64,000 nt of DNA from an uncultured virus (IMG/VR IMGVR_UViG_3300028393_000050) (lineage: Duplodnaviria; Heunggongvirae; Uroviricota; Caudoviricetes): the IMG/VR virus record IMGVR_UViG_3300028393_000050. One strand, written 5' to 3'. The translations under genes and the position numbers were made by a program. The notes under the pieces were generated by a model, which did not search any database, had not been told where the DNA came from, and worked only from the letters and a program-made list of their open reading frames with translations. This document shows positions 27,546 through 38,217 of this stretch, in pieces. Each line of letters opens with the position of its first letter. The first letter of the stretch is position 1.

Positions 27546-28172
27546 ATGCCAGCAGTACAAGCAAGCAGCGCTCTATCCCGTTACTCAAAGTTACAGACAG
27601 ACCCATTACGCAATTTTAGGTTCTTGGTTAATTTTAGAGTTACTGGAGACACAAACGGCCCTAACAGCTTTCTTAGCTTTATGGGCGGGTTTACTTCCAT
27701 ATCGGGCCTAAGCATTTCTACTCAGGGTATTCAATACCGAGAAGGTGGAATGAACACTACTCTTCACCAAGTTCCAGGTATGACTTCATTTAACCCAGTA
27801 ACTCTAATGAGAGGTACTATTTTAGGAAATGATGAAGGTATTAAGTGGATGCGTCAGCTTTTTGCTGCTGCATCTGGCGAAGGTGTTCCTGGGGCCGATG
27901 GTACTGGATACCGCTGCCACCTAGACATTTATGTGCTAGACCACCCACTTACTGGTGCACCATTGCTTTCAACAAATGACATTATCAGCAAAAACGCTTA
28001 CAAAATGAAGTTCACTGTACACAACGCTTGGATTAGCCAGCTAAGTTACTCTGACTTAAACGCGTCAGAAAATGGTATTTTGATGGAAACTATTCAACTA
28101 ATTCACGAAGGTTTATCGGTAACTCTAGCTGATTACGGAGCTAGTGTACCGACCACAGAAACATATTCATAA
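27546..28172 (+). CDS. Tail tube protein (T4 gp19-like)
   Basis: DPLRNFRF, GF..ISGL, YREGG, VTL.RG, NAW, L.HEG. Confidence 0.92.
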   Translation: MPAVQASSALSRYSKLQTDPLRNFRFLVNFRVTGDTNGPNSFLSFMGGFTSISGLSISTQGIQYREGGMNTTLHQVPGMTSFNPVTLMRGTILGNDEGIKWMRQLFAAASGEGVPGADGTGYRCHLDIYVLDHPLTGAPLLSTNDIISKNAYKMKFTVHNAWISQLSYSDLNASENGILMETIQLIHEGLSVTLADYGASVPTTETYS

Positions 28173-28194
28173 AATAAATAATTAGGAGCACAAC

Positions 28195-28995
28195 ATGTCT
28201 GAAGTAATATACACCGACCCGACTACTATTTCTAATATGGCTAAATCTGTTGAAGATGAGCCAAAAAAATCTATAACAACAGTTCCACCTTCTAACGCAG
28301 AAGTTATTTTACCGGGTGGCTTTTTAAAAGATGATGGTTCTTTAATAAAGTATGCTGAAGTGCGCGAGCTTACCGGTCTTGATGAAGAAGCTATTTCTAA
28401 AGCAGGGTCTGTAGGGCGCGCACTTAGCGCTATGCTGCAACGTGGTTTAGTGTCAATTGGACAAGAGCCGGTCAATAAAAATGACCTTGATAAGCTTTTG
28501 AGCGGTGATAGGGATGCCATTCTTTTAGGTATTCGTAGAGTCACTTTTGGCGATGTAGTTGAATACTCCTTCCCCTGCCCTGAATGCCGAGAACTATTAG
28601 ACGTAGCTGTAAATCTACGTACTGATATTCCAGTGTCTGAACTAGAAGACCCTATTAACGACAGAGTATTTACTTATGTATCTGCGTCAAAAGGCGTTAT
28701 TGAACTAGAGCTGCCAACTGGTTCTACGCAAAAAAAGCTTATTGAAAACTCAGATAAAACAATGGCGGAACTAAATAGCATTTTGCTTGCTAGTTGCATT
28801 AAATCTATTAATGGTATTCCATCTAGTGGTTTAACTAGTGCCTTAACATTGGGCATGAATGACCGTGAAAAGATGATTTCTGAGATTCTTAAGCGCAACC
28901 CAGGTCCACGCCTCTCGGAGGTGAGTACGACCTGTGAGGCATGTGGCGAAAATATTTCTTTGCCTATGTCGTTATCAGAATTATTTCGTTTATAA
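28195..28995 (+). CDS. Tail assembly chaperone / baseplate hub assembly protein
   Basis: VRELTG.DEE, L.GDRD..L, two CxxC; between tube and tape measure. Confidence 0.75.
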   Translation: MSEVIYTDPTTISNMAKSVEDEPKKSITTVPPSNAEVILPGGFLKDDGSLIKYAEVRELTGLDEEAISKAGSVGRALSAMLQRGLVSIGQEPVNKNDLDKLLSGDRDAILLGIRRVTFGDVVEYSFPCPECRELLDVAVNLRTDIPVSELEDPINDRVFTYVSASKGVIELELPTGSTQKKLIENSDKTMAELNSILLASCIKSINGIPSSGLTSALTLGMNDREKMISEILKRNPGPRLSEVSTTCEACGENISLPMSLSELFRL

Positions 28996-29134
28996 CGAAA
29001 AAGATTATGAAGCATTACTTGACCAATTTGAAGCATTATCTCGATCATTTCCTGGCTGGACGCTGTCTGATATCAGAAGTCTGTCCGTAAGAGAACGCAT
29101 AAACTGGATTTCCAGGGCGCGTAGAAGCAATTAA
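28985..29134 (+). CDS. Chaperone C-terminal extension reached by +1 frameshift (putative)
   Basis: GWTLSDIRSLSVRER..W in +1 frame with no usable start; TTT_CGT shift site. Confidence 0.6.
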   Translation, partial: FVYNEKDYEALLDQFEALSRSFPGWTLSDIRSLSVRERINWISRARRSN

Positions 29135-29145
29135 AGTAGGTTATT

Positions 29146-31116
29146 ATGGCAAGTACAGGTGGCGGTTCATTAAAGAGTCGTTTATACGCTGAGCTTAACC
29201 TTGAGCTTGATAAGTTCAATCAAAAGCTTGAGCGTGGAGAAAAGCTATCTAAAAGTGCTGGCGATAACATTAAACGCCTATTATCGGGCAATAAGTCTGG
29301 CGGTAGCGATAGCAAGGGCGCTGCTAGTAGCATGGACTTTAAGCCACCTGCTGCTAAAGACTCTGCTTATCAACAAACTCCTGGTAATCCTGGATACGAT
29401 AAAAACCAACAAAAAACCGATTTAGGTTATGTAAAAGTTCCTGGCCAAGACGGCGCAAGCAGTATGCGTTATGGCGAAATTGGCAAAAACATTGCCTATG
29501 CCACAGGTGCAAGAATGCTTAGCGCATTTAAAACTGACGATTATCTATATAACGATATTTCTCAAAATAGATTTGGGTTTTATAATGGCGCTACAAATCG
29601 AGATGCTGGGTCTGCTTTTGCTGAAAAAATGATGGGCACTAATGCCGGTATTAGCCCTATGGATGCCATCAATTCTATGAACTATGGAAACTCTATTGGC
29701 TTAATGTCAGGTATGCAACAGAAAAAAGGCGTTTATAATTCTGTAACTGGTATAGCAGATATTACTGGTGCCGGTTACGAAGCTGGTATGGGAGCAACTG
29801 CTGCAATTAACCAGGGCTCTAGTGTTAATAAACTTCGTATGATTGGTATTAACGTACGTAACTCTCAAGGTTATCCTAGAGCAGTTGAGGACATTGCCAG
29901 AGATTTGTATAAAATGCTGGACCGTAGCAAAACTGGAAAAAACAAATTAACAACAAAAGACTTAGACCTATCCATGCTTCCAGGTAACTCATTGGACATG
30001 CTATTAAACCAATACTTTAATGGTGACCCTGTACTTCGTCAGGGCATTGTTAACTATTTGTATGAATTTGTTAGCGGTAATAGCCCTGTAACTGGTGCAG
30101 AAACCTCAGTTGGAAGTAGAAACGCAGAATCTTATAGAGGTAAAAATCAAAGTACTGGAGGTGGAGTACCTGGATTTATGCTAGGTAACGATATTGCCTC
30201 GGGGCTCGGTAATTTTAAAAACTTTTTGCACACAATACCTGGCATAGGATTGCTCATGGATATAACTACAGGGGCAGTTACTGCCGGTGGAGCTGTAGCA
30301 GGTATGGGTAAAAATGATGGACCTGGAGTACCTAACTTTGGGCCCCAAGGAAGCTCTTCAGGCGGCCGTGGCGGAGACGGCGGATGGCCTGTACCATCTG
30401 GTTGGGCCGCCCCATTAAACAACGGTATGAACGTTACAAGCCGCTTTGGTGAAGTACGTCATTTAACTATAAAAGGTAAAAAAGTTACTACTCAGCCTCA
30501 CCGTGGTATGGACTTTTCAGCATCTGAAGGCACTGATATTCACGCTTTACATGATGGTACTGTCGTATCAAATGGTTATGGTGCCGAACTTGGTAACTAC
30601 GCTATTATCCAACATGAAGACGGGTATCAGTCTGTCTACGCTCACATGAAAAGCCCAACACATCTAGAGGGTTCAATAAGTGCTGGAGACCTTGTTGGCC
30701 AAGTAGGTATGACTGGTATGGCTACTGGTCCGCACCTTCACTTAGCTATCCAAGACAAAAATGGTAAAGTTTATGACCCACAGCAATACTTTGCTGGAAG
30801 TCTTCCAGGAGAAGATGGGACTACGACTGCTGCCCCAACCGCAACATCTAGTTCTTCTTCCACTAGCGCAAGCTCAAGCACAGATAAATCTCACTCTCTA
30901 TTTAGTACAGCTGGTTCAGGTTCTTTATTTAATAAAAGTATTACTGGCGGTGGTGACGGCCCAGGAGTCCCTAACAGCGGCGCTTCTGGTAGAGGAGGAG
31001 TTATTGTAAACATTAACCTTCCAGCAGGTTCATCGATTAATGAACAAATGTTAGCTAGAGAAGTTAAAAGAATCCTTGACGAAGACGTACGAGTAAAAGG
31101 AGTAGTGAGTAGATAA
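29146..31116 (+). CDS. Tape measure protein with M23 peptidase domain
   Basis: Position; HRGMD, YAHM, TGPHLH motifs. Confidence 0.8.
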   Translation: MASTGGGSLKSRLYAELNLELDKFNQKLERGEKLSKSAGDNIKRLLSGNKSGGSDSKGAASSMDFKPPAAKDSAYQQTPGNPGYDKNQQKTDLGYVKVPGQDGASSMRYGEIGKNIAYATGARMLSAFKTDDYLYNDISQNRFGFYNGATNRDAGSAFAEKMMGTNAGISPMDAINSMNYGNSIGLMSGMQQKKGVYNSVTGIADITGAGYEAGMGATAAINQGSSVNKLRMIGINVRNSQGYPRAVEDIARDLYKMLDRSKTGKNKLTTKDLDLSMLPGNSLDMLLNQYFNGDPVLRQGIVNYLYEFVSGNSPVTGAETSVGSRNAESYRGKNQSTGGGVPGFMLGNDIASGLGNFKNFLHTIPGIGLLMDITTGAVTAGGAVAGMGKNDGPGVPNFGPQGSSSGGRGGDGGWPVPSGWAAPLNNGMNVTSRFGEVRHLTIKGKKVTTQPHRGMDFSASEGTDIHALHDGTVVSNGYGAELGNYAIIQHEDGYQSVYAHMKSPTHLEGSISAGDLVGQVGMTGMATGPHLHLAIQDKNGKVYDPQQYFAGSLPGEDGTTTAAPTATSSSSSTSASSSTDKSHSLFSTAGSGSLFNKSITGGGDGPGVPNSGASGRGGVIVNINLPAGSSINEQMLAREVKRILDEDVRVKGVVSR

Positions 31117-32564
31117 TGACTAGCGGAACTAATGACGGAAGTGCCGGAGAAAACTCTACTGGAACAACTGAAGAAAACCCTATTGCTTATAGATTTTTTA
31201 ATATAAATTCAGACTATAAAGGCCCTATCCCTATTTTTTATGAAAAATTTTATGGACCTGATTTTTATAGCACGGTAGATTTGCAAGGAAATAGAACTTA
31301 TTATGATTCTAAAACCGGTAAAATAATATCTAACCCAAACGCTGTTTTAAGTGTTCAATCTGATGTTACTACAGTTACAGCTTTAGTTAAAAATCAAACT
31401 AAATATCTTCCGGTAGTTGTAAATAGCCCTTACGGACCTTTATTACAATTAACTGATTTTACTAGCGCTAAAGACACTAATAAATATATATACATTGGAA
31501 GTAAGTTAACTGTTACTGATACTAATGGTGATTATGTTGGTTATACGGGTTACTATCAGCCAACTGAAGCTGCTAAAACTACTATTAACTATCAAAATAC
31601 TGGTAGTACTAAAGACGGTAAGTTTCTTGCGGGTGGCTCGCCTATTCCTGCCGGTGACCCTAACGAATACAAATGGAACTTACCTCCGCATAAATGGAGT
31701 TTACCTTACTTTGCGGGCAAAGACCCATCTTCTGTTCCACAAAAGTTTATAGGTAACCAGTCATCTGACCGGTATAGAAGAGGTCGCATTTGGTGGAAGT
31801 TTTCAGACCCAAACGTTGATTTAGTTCAAGATAGTGATAAAGGTTTAACTACTGTTTCTGCCGGCACTGCGGACCGAAAATACGGATTTCAATTTTTATG
31901 GAACCCGGAAACGTTTGGCACACAAGTTGCAGTACAAATGGACGCAACCCCTACTGCTGGAGACCGCTTTTTAGGTGCTGTAGGGGCGTTTCCTGCTACT
32001 GAAACTATTACTTTTAATGTTAGATTAGACAGAACTAATGATTTTGCTTGTGCAAACTCTTACTTTAAGCGCCCTAGTAATATGCTTGGTGTTAACCCGT
32101 TAGATAATAACGTTGATGTAAATAATTATATTACAAAAGCCGATGTTGTTAAATTTGTTGATTTTTACAAAGTAAATGGTGGATGGACCGGTGCCGATGT
32201 GGGTGGTACTGAAGGGTTTAGCGCCACTATTGAAGCAAAGTTAATTGATTTATTCCAAAGAGGCACTATAGCCGACATTGAGTTTTTGTACCGTGCTATA
32301 AATGGCCCTGGCCCTGGCGACGGTAGCCTTTGGGTAAATAATAGAGGAATAAAAACATCAGATATTGGGTTTTTACAGCCAACACTACTTAATATTGATA
32401 TTGGGCCGCTGTCTTACCAAGGATACGTTACATCAATGAGTGTAAATCATATTGGTTTTACTAGAGACATGATTCCTATGAGAAGTGACGTTACTATTTC
32501 ACTAAACCTTCTTGCTACTGCCGGTTTGGCATCAAATTATGCTACAAATAACGCTGAAAAATAA
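31116..32564 (+). CDS. Baseplate/tube initiator protein
   Basis: FQFLWNPE, GYV.SM.V.H..F...M.P.R..V.I motif. Confidence 0.6.
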   Translation: MTSGTNDGSAGENSTGTTEENPIAYRFFNINSDYKGPIPIFYEKFYGPDFYSTVDLQGNRTYYDSKTGKIISNPNAVLSVQSDVTTVTALVKNQTKYLPVVVNSPYGPLLQLTDFTSAKDTNKYIYIGSKLTVTDTNGDYVGYTGYYQPTEAAKTTINYQNTGSTKDGKFLAGGSPIPAGDPNEYKWNLPPHKWSLPYFAGKDPSSVPQKFIGNQSSDRYRRGRIWWKFSDPNVDLVQDSDKGLTTVSAGTADRKYGFQFLWNPETFGTQVAVQMDATPTAGDRFLGAVGAFPATETITFNVRLDRTNDFACANSYFKRPSNMLGVNPLDNNVDVNNYITKADVVKFVDFYKVNGGWTGADVGGTEGFSATIEAKLIDLFQRGTIADIEFLYRAINGPGPGDGSLWVNNRGIKTSDIGFLQPTLLNIDIGPLSYQGYVTSMSVNHIGFTRDMIPMRSDVTISLNLLATAGLASNYATNNAEK

Positions 32565-32573
32565 GGATTTAAG

Positions 32574-32855
32574 ATGACTATTTTTATTGGCTCTAGATAT
32601 GAGGAATCTCTTGTAGATTTTTTTTCAACTAAGTATTACACCGATCCTGCTCCGGTAGTATTTTATAAATTTGCGGATATTGGTAAGATTAAATATGTAG
32701 AATACACTTGGAAAGACGGAGATAGAATTGACAATATTGCATTTAAATTTTTAGCGTACCCGGAAAAATGGTGGATTCTTGGGGAATACAACCCTCACAT
32801 AAAAGACCTTACTGATATTCCTTCCGGGACAAAATTGGTGATACCTCGTGCTTAA
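32574..32855 (+). CDS. LysM/tail-X-like baseplate protein
   Basis: GDRIDNIA....WW.L.EYNP......IP.GT.L.IP. Confidence 0.8.
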   Translation: MTIFIGSRYEESLVDFFSTKYYTDPAPVVFYKFADIGKIKYVEYTWKDGDRIDNIAFKFLAYPEKWWILGEYNPHIKDLTDIPSGTKLVIPRA

Positions 32856-34164
32856 ATTCATATCTGTAAAATTTACGGGGTCTGTGGAACAGCCTAGACA
32901 AGTGCACAGCGTGCATTTTAAACAAGGGCTGTTTAAGCACGATTACGCAACATTTTATTTTAGAGACTGGGATTTTAACCCTAGGCAAGTGCGACCTGGA
33001 AGTTTGATGCAATTTGAAATATTGGGTAAAGAGTATCATGGATACGTACATGACATAACTTTTGAAGAGCGTAGCAATAAAAAAGTTACAAAAGTAGGTT
33101 TTATTGGAGCTTCTTTTGTAATGCGCCAAGCTAGTCGCAAAATTTACGTTAATATGACTGCTGACCAAATTGTTGCTCAAATTGCAAAAAAATATAGTTT
33201 TGCGTACAAAACTGTTCCATTTCCTCGTGTCTATGACCAAGTGGCTCAAGCAGGAATGACAGATTGGGAGCTAATGGTAAAATTAGCAAAACAGTGTGGG
33301 TACTCTTTAAGGGCTGAAAATACTGTATTATATTTTCAACCTTTAATGTATGATTTTGAAGAGCTTCATGAAGAGGCTTTAGCGTTTCAAAAAATTGATG
33401 CTGGTTTTAAACCGGCTAACATGCTTTACAATTTTAAAGCTTTAGTTTCTGAAACTTCAGACCATGAGTATGGTAGCAAGTATTCTGCATCTGTTTCTGG
33501 AGTTGACCCAATTAGTGGAAAACTAGTCAGTTATACGCCTCAAAATAAAGAGGCAACTACTAGACGCCGGTCTAATCAAGAACTTTTTGATGCTCATGAA
33601 ATTAATATTGTGGCACCTGGGTATGGAGTTGCCGTACATGAATCTGCTGGAGTAACGGCTAAGGGTTATCATCCTTACATTGCTACAGCAGAGGTTATTG
33701 GTACCGCAAAATTAAGGCCAGGATTACCTGTATATTTTAGTAATATTGGTCGTGACAACACTGGTTACTGGCATATTCTCAGTGTAGAACACGTTATATT
33801 AGAAGAGTCTTTAGGTAAGCATGTTTATACTTCTCATTTGCATGTAGGAACAGACTCTTTAGGAGAGTTGACAAATGCAAAGTTTCGTAAACGTCCTTTG
33901 GCACATCCTATTAGAAAAATCATTCCTAACGTTAAAAACACTGTTATTAAACCTACTAGCAAAGTTAAAAGTATCGGGTTTAACTCAAAACCTGTTACTG
34001 GAGTAGCATTAGTTGATAAAATTAATCTAGGTAATCAAGTCGAGTCTTTTTCAATAAAAGCTACGTGGACTTCTTCTCATGGAGATTTAAGTTCACCGCC
34101 GCCGGAAGAATATATGCCAATAGCTGTTTTAGAGAAGGTGCGTAATAATGCATTACTCAAATAA
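32848..34164 (+). CDS. Baseplate hub protein (gpD/gp27-like)
   Basis: IV..IA.KY, Q...TDWE....LA...GY, G...LRPG. Confidence 0.8.
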   Translation: MLKFISVKFTGSVEQPRQVHSVHFKQGLFKHDYATFYFRDWDFNPRQVRPGSLMQFEILGKEYHGYVHDITFEERSNKKVTKVGFIGASFVMRQASRKIYVNMTADQIVAQIAKKYSFAYKTVPFPRVYDQVAQAGMTDWELMVKLAKQCGYSLRAENTVLYFQPLMYDFEELHEEALAFQKIDAGFKPANMLYNFKALVSETSDHEYGSKYSASVSGVDPISGKLVSYTPQNKEATTRRRSNQELFDAHEINIVAPGYGVAVHESAGVTAKGYHPYIATAEVIGTAKLRPGLPVYFSNIGRDNTGYWHILSVEHVILEESLGKHVYTSHLHVGTDSLGELTNAKFRKRPLAHPIRKIIPNVKNTVIKPTSKVKSIGFNSKPVTGVALVDKINLGNQVESFSIKATWTSSHGDLSSPPPEEYMPIAVLEKVRNNALLK

Positions 34165-34840
34165 TTTATACGGTATTTATCGTGGGATTATTAAAGACAC
34201 TAACGACCCGTTAGATTTAGGAAGAGTTAGGCTTCAGGTCCCTCAAATTTCTGGAGAAGAAGTTACTGGTTGGGCTTGGCCTATTGTTGGCATACCTGGA
34301 AATATAAAAGTTCCTTATGGCTCTTTTTATGACACTACTACTCAAACTTTAACAGGGGCTAATACGCCCAAAGCAATTACTCTTAATACAACAGATGAAA
34401 GTAACGGAGTTACTATTGGGGCACCAACTTCTAAAATTATATTTAAATATGCTGGAACATATAATGTTCAATTTTCTGCGCAAGTAGCGAATAATGGAAC
34501 TGCTATTGCAAATTTTTGGTTACGTAAAAATGGTGCAAATGTTCCTTGGACTAACGGTGAAATAACGACCTCAAATCAAAACCATCACGCCCTTCCTGCT
34601 TGGAATTATGTATTAACTTTGGCTGCTAACGACTATCTTGAACTTGTTTGGATGAGCAATGATGCGGCTAATACCCTAGAGGCACAGGCGGCAACTACTT
34701 CTCCCGCATCTCCGGGGGTACCTTCAATGATAGTTACCGCCACGCTTGTTGGTAATTTCTTACCTTCCTCCGAAGACCCTTGCTGGGTTATGTTTGAAGG
34801 CGGAGACCCCAATTTTCCACTATGGTTAGGAACATTCTAA
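34148..34840 (+). CDS. Baseplate spike (gp5/gpV OB-fold) with internal domain insertion
   Basis: GIYRG....DP...GRVRLQVP and WVMFEGGD..FP.WLG. Confidence 0.8.
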   Translation: MHYSNNLYGIYRGIIKDTNDPLDLGRVRLQVPQISGEEVTGWAWPIVGIPGNIKVPYGSFYDTTTQTLTGANTPKAITLNTTDESNGVTIGAPTSKIIFKYAGTYNVQFSAQVANNGTAIANFWLRKNGANVPWTNGEITTSNQNHHALPAWNYVLTLAANDYLELVWMSNDAANTLEAQAATTSPASPGVPSMIVTATLVGNFLPSSEDPCWVMFEGGDPNFPLWLGTF

Positions 34841-35280
34841 TGGCTAATTTAAACATAAATTTACCTTTTTCTTTTAATAATAACTATAATTTAGTTGCTA
34901 CAAGCGCTACGCCTACCGGGCCGGTAACTAGCACTACTGACTTAAAAGTTATATATCAAAATAGGATATTTGCTGTTCTTTTTACTAAGTTTGGTGAACG
35001 AGTTATGAGGCCTAATTTTGGCAGCGATTTGCACAAAATTGTGTTTGAAACTCAAGAAGTGGCCTTAGAAATAGCCGAAAGAACTATTAGTACAGCCTTT
35101 TCTAAATGGCTTCCTGACTTACAATTAGAGAAGATTGAACCGCTATTTGACGGAACTACGGGCTATTTTACGTTTATTATAAATTATCGGCTGCCGTCGG
35201 GAGAAGTGGACGGTGTTAAGATAAATACAGCGTTATTTAACCGATTTGGAGAGATTTTAAGGACTTTTACAAATGGCTAG
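34840..35280 (+). CDS. Baseplate wedge protein (gp25/gpW-like)
   Basis: T..GERVMRPNFGS.L...VFE; start refined. Confidence 0.85.
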   Translation: MANLNINLPFSFNNNYNLVATSATPTGPVTSTTDLKVIYQNRIFAVLFTKFGERVMRPNFGSDLHKIVFETQEVALEIAERTISTAFSKWLPDLQLEKIEPLFDGTTGYFTFIINYRLPSGEVDGVKINTALFNRFGEILRTFTNG

Positions 35281-37489
35281 TACTATTAAATATGTTCCGC
35301 AAATAGATTATACTTCACGAGACTACGCGTCTATTTTAAATGATTTGCTTACTTTAGCAAAGACCCTTAACCCTGACTGGACAAGCACTGACCCAGCTGA
35401 TTTAGGTGTTACTCTTTTGGAGTTATTTGCCTATTTAGGCGATCAATTTAATTTTTATATTGACCGAGCAGCTAATGAAGGGTTTTTAGCTACAGCTAGC
35501 CAACGTGATAGTGTATTACAGATTGCTGGCCTTTTAGGATATGTTCCTACTTCTGTTTTACCTTCCAGTACTATTTTAACTTTTTATAATAAAAGTGCGG
35601 CAGATATTACAGTGCCGGCTCTTACTCAAGCCGCTTCTACAGCTGTAGTAAACGGTAATTCTACCCAAATTATTTTTGAAACTAACTCTGATGTGCTTGT
35701 TCCGGCAGCCGTATCTGGAGTTAGCGGATCTGCGGCTGTAGCTGCTACCCAAGGTTACACTGTATCTGACGAACCTTTAGGCTCATCTAATGGTGCTGCT
35801 TCTCAAATTATAAAGCTAGTTAATCAACCGGTATATGTTTACGGTATTAAAGTATATGTAAACGACATATTGTGGAGTTATAGTTCTTCTTTAATTACTA
35901 ATTCTAAATATGATTCTGTGTTTACTACTATTAATGACGCTGATGGATATACATACATTGTATTTGGGGATGGCGTAAGCGGAAAAATTCCTACCGCCGC
36001 CGCTACTATTAAAGCAACTTATAGAGTATCAAAGGGCTCTGCCGGAAACATTTCGGCAGACGCTGTACAAAACTTTTTAACTTACGCTAACTCGTCAATT
36101 ACAGTTAGAAATATAAACTCTCCAGCTACTGGTGGAACTGACGCAGAAACTACTGATTCTATAAAACTTAACGCCCCTAAAGTCATTAAAACTTTAAATA
36201 GGGCAGTATCATTAAAAGATTACGGATACCTAGCTGTTCAAGTTCCAGGAGTTGCTAGAGCAAACGCAGAATCTACTATTTTTACAAATGTTAACTTGTA
36301 TATATCCCCGTTCTCGGGGGCAACTGGTGTATGGTCAACCGCAAATGGCACTATTACAGGAGTCTCTATCACAGCCACTACTGGTGCTGCCGGCACAGGT
36401 GGTATCACATATGCTGCTGATTTAGGCACTACACAAACAATTGCATCTGCTGTTGTTACGCTTACTACAACAGTTCAATTAAATTACTCAAGCACCCACT
36501 CGATAGCTGTTGGTGATTTAATTACTATATCCGGTGCAACTAATATTCCTAATGGTACTTTTTCAGTAACCGCTATTTCTAACACAGTTGGTGCTTATTG
36601 GATTAAATTTGTTTCTACGGGCCTTACTAACGGTACTTTTACTACGGGACTTGGAACTGTTAAATTTGTGTCTTACAACGTAGGTGACTATGTGACTGTT
36701 ACCGGTATGGTTCCAAATAGCTATAATGTTACTGACGTCCTTGTTACTGCTGCTACTGCTACAGGTTTTACAATATCCTCTAGCGCTACTGGAACGTTTG
36801 TTTCGGGCGGAACTGCTGTTGCAAAAACGGCATTGCTATCTACTTTTAACACTTTGTCCACTAATACGTTGTTGTACTTTACGGCAAAAACTGCGCCCAA
36901 CACAACACTAAACGTATTACCGCCTACTCACGTTCCAATTGATGTAGAAATAACTGTAAACGTTTTGCCGCAATATAGTCAATTATCTGTTATTACGCAA
37001 GTAAAATCTGCGGTGTCAGCCATAGTTTCTACAAGCAACTCTTTCTTTGCAGACCAACTTCCCGCACAATATTTTTTAAATGCCGCCTCATCGGTTGCTG
37101 GTACCCAATATTCAGTAGTCAATATGCTTAGAAAAACATCTAGCCAACAAACTTTTTATGTTACAACTTGGGCTAGAACTTCTAACGTAGTCACTTTAAC
37201 ATTGGCGGCTAGAGCTAGCGGCTCTCACAACATAACTGTTGGTTCTTTTTTAAGAATAAACAACGTAAACTCAAGCTTTGACACTTCAAATGCTAATACG
37301 GTAGTGGTTACTGCCGTTGCAACTAACACCGTTTCTTTTGCTAACACGGGCGCTGACCTTACCGGGCAAACCCCAACATCTACCTCAAATTACGTGCAAG
37401 TAATGGCTGTAGATTCAATAGCTTTGGCAGCCAATGAGCTTCCTACCATAGGAACTATAACCGTAAACGCCTCTGGCGGAATTTCGTAA
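35273..37489 (+). CDS. Baseplate J-like wedge protein
   Basis: IDYTSRDY, D.GV.LLELFAY, FGDG..G..P, RAV...DY. Confidence 0.88.
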   Translation: MASTIKYVPQIDYTSRDYASILNDLLTLAKTLNPDWTSTDPADLGVTLLELFAYLGDQFNFYIDRAANEGFLATASQRDSVLQIAGLLGYVPTSVLPSSTILTFYNKSAADITVPALTQAASTAVVNGNSTQIIFETNSDVLVPAAVSGVSGSAAVAATQGYTVSDEPLGSSNGAASQIIKLVNQPVYVYGIKVYVNDILWSYSSSLITNSKYDSVFTTINDADGYTYIVFGDGVSGKIPTAAATIKATYRVSKGSAGNISADAVQNFLTYANSSITVRNINSPATGGTDAETTDSIKLNAPKVIKTLNRAVSLKDYGYLAVQVPGVARANAESTIFTNVNLYISPFSGATGVWSTANGTITGVSITATTGAAGTGGITYAADLGTTQTIASAVVTLTTTVQLNYSSTHSIAVGDLITISGATNIPNGTFSVTAISNTVGAYWIKFVSTGLTNGTFTTGLGTVKFVSYNVGDYVTVTGMVPNSYNVTDVLVTAATATGFTISSSATGTFVSGGTAVAKTALLSTFNTLSTNTLLYFTAKTAPNTTLNVLPPTHVPIDVEITVNVLPQYSQLSVITQVKSAVSAIVSTSNSFFADQLPAQYFLNAASSVAGTQYSVVNMLRKTSSQQTFYVTTWARTSNVVTLTLAARASGSHNITVGSFLRINNVNSSFDTSNANTVVVTAVATNTVSFANTGADLTGQTPTSTSNYVQVMAVDSIALAANELPTIGTITVNASGGIS

Positions 37490-37501
37490 GGAGAAATTTA
37501 A

Positions 37502-38209
37502 ATGGCTTATTACCCAGATAACACCGCTGTTTTTAGTACAAAAACAGATAACGTAACAACAATTGTTGCTGCCGACCCTAACTCAATTCAATCAGAAGTA
37601 GTGGCGGTTCAAACAGAACTAGGAACTAACCCTAGGGTATCGACACTAGGTACCGGCGGTCTTCCTACTTACATTCCTGCACCCACATCAAGTTCATTTA
37701 CTACCGTAAAAGCTAGAATTGCAAACATTGAAGCTGGCCTGACTAACGCCCTTAAAACAGGATATACTCAACTTTCAACTGGAAGTTACTCTGCTGGAGG
37801 TACGACTAATATTTCTGTTAGCGACTACACGTATCAAAAACTTGTCTTAGTAATCCAACCTACTGCTGTTACAAGTGCGCCAGCAATAAACCTAAAAATT
37901 AATGGAAGTACTATTACTTCTATATACACATACAGCAGAATTGTTCACGGTACTTCTTCTGCTCCTACATTGACTGGTAATTATCAAACTAGCTCTGGGT
38001 TTTTATTAGGAACAATGACCGCTGACTACCAATCATACGTGATTGAATTACCTAACTATGCAAGTACTACTGCTTGGAAAACTATTACTTCTTTAGCATT
38101 TTCGCTATATTTAACAGGATTTGCGGAAGACTCAAATAGAATTAGCAGTTTAAATATAGTTACTACCGGTACAGCTACATATACAGCTACTTTATACGGC
38201 GTTAGATAG
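37502..38209 (+). CDS. Tail fibre/baseplate accessory protein
   Basis: N.IQ.EV.A.QTELG.NP N-terminus, LYG C-terminus. Confidence 0.6.
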   Translation: MAYYPDNTAVFSTKTDNVTTIVAADPNSIQSEVVAVQTELGTNPRVSTLGTGGLPTYIPAPTSSSFTTVKARIANIEAGLTNALKTGYTQLSTGSYSAGGTTNISVSDYTYQKLVLVIQPTAVTSAPAINLKINGSTITSIYTYSRIVHGTSSAPTLTGNYQTSSGFLLGTMTADYQSYVIELPNYASTTAWKTITSLAFSLYLTGFAEDSNRISSLNIVTTGTATYTATLYGVR

Positions 38210-38217
38210 TTAAATAA

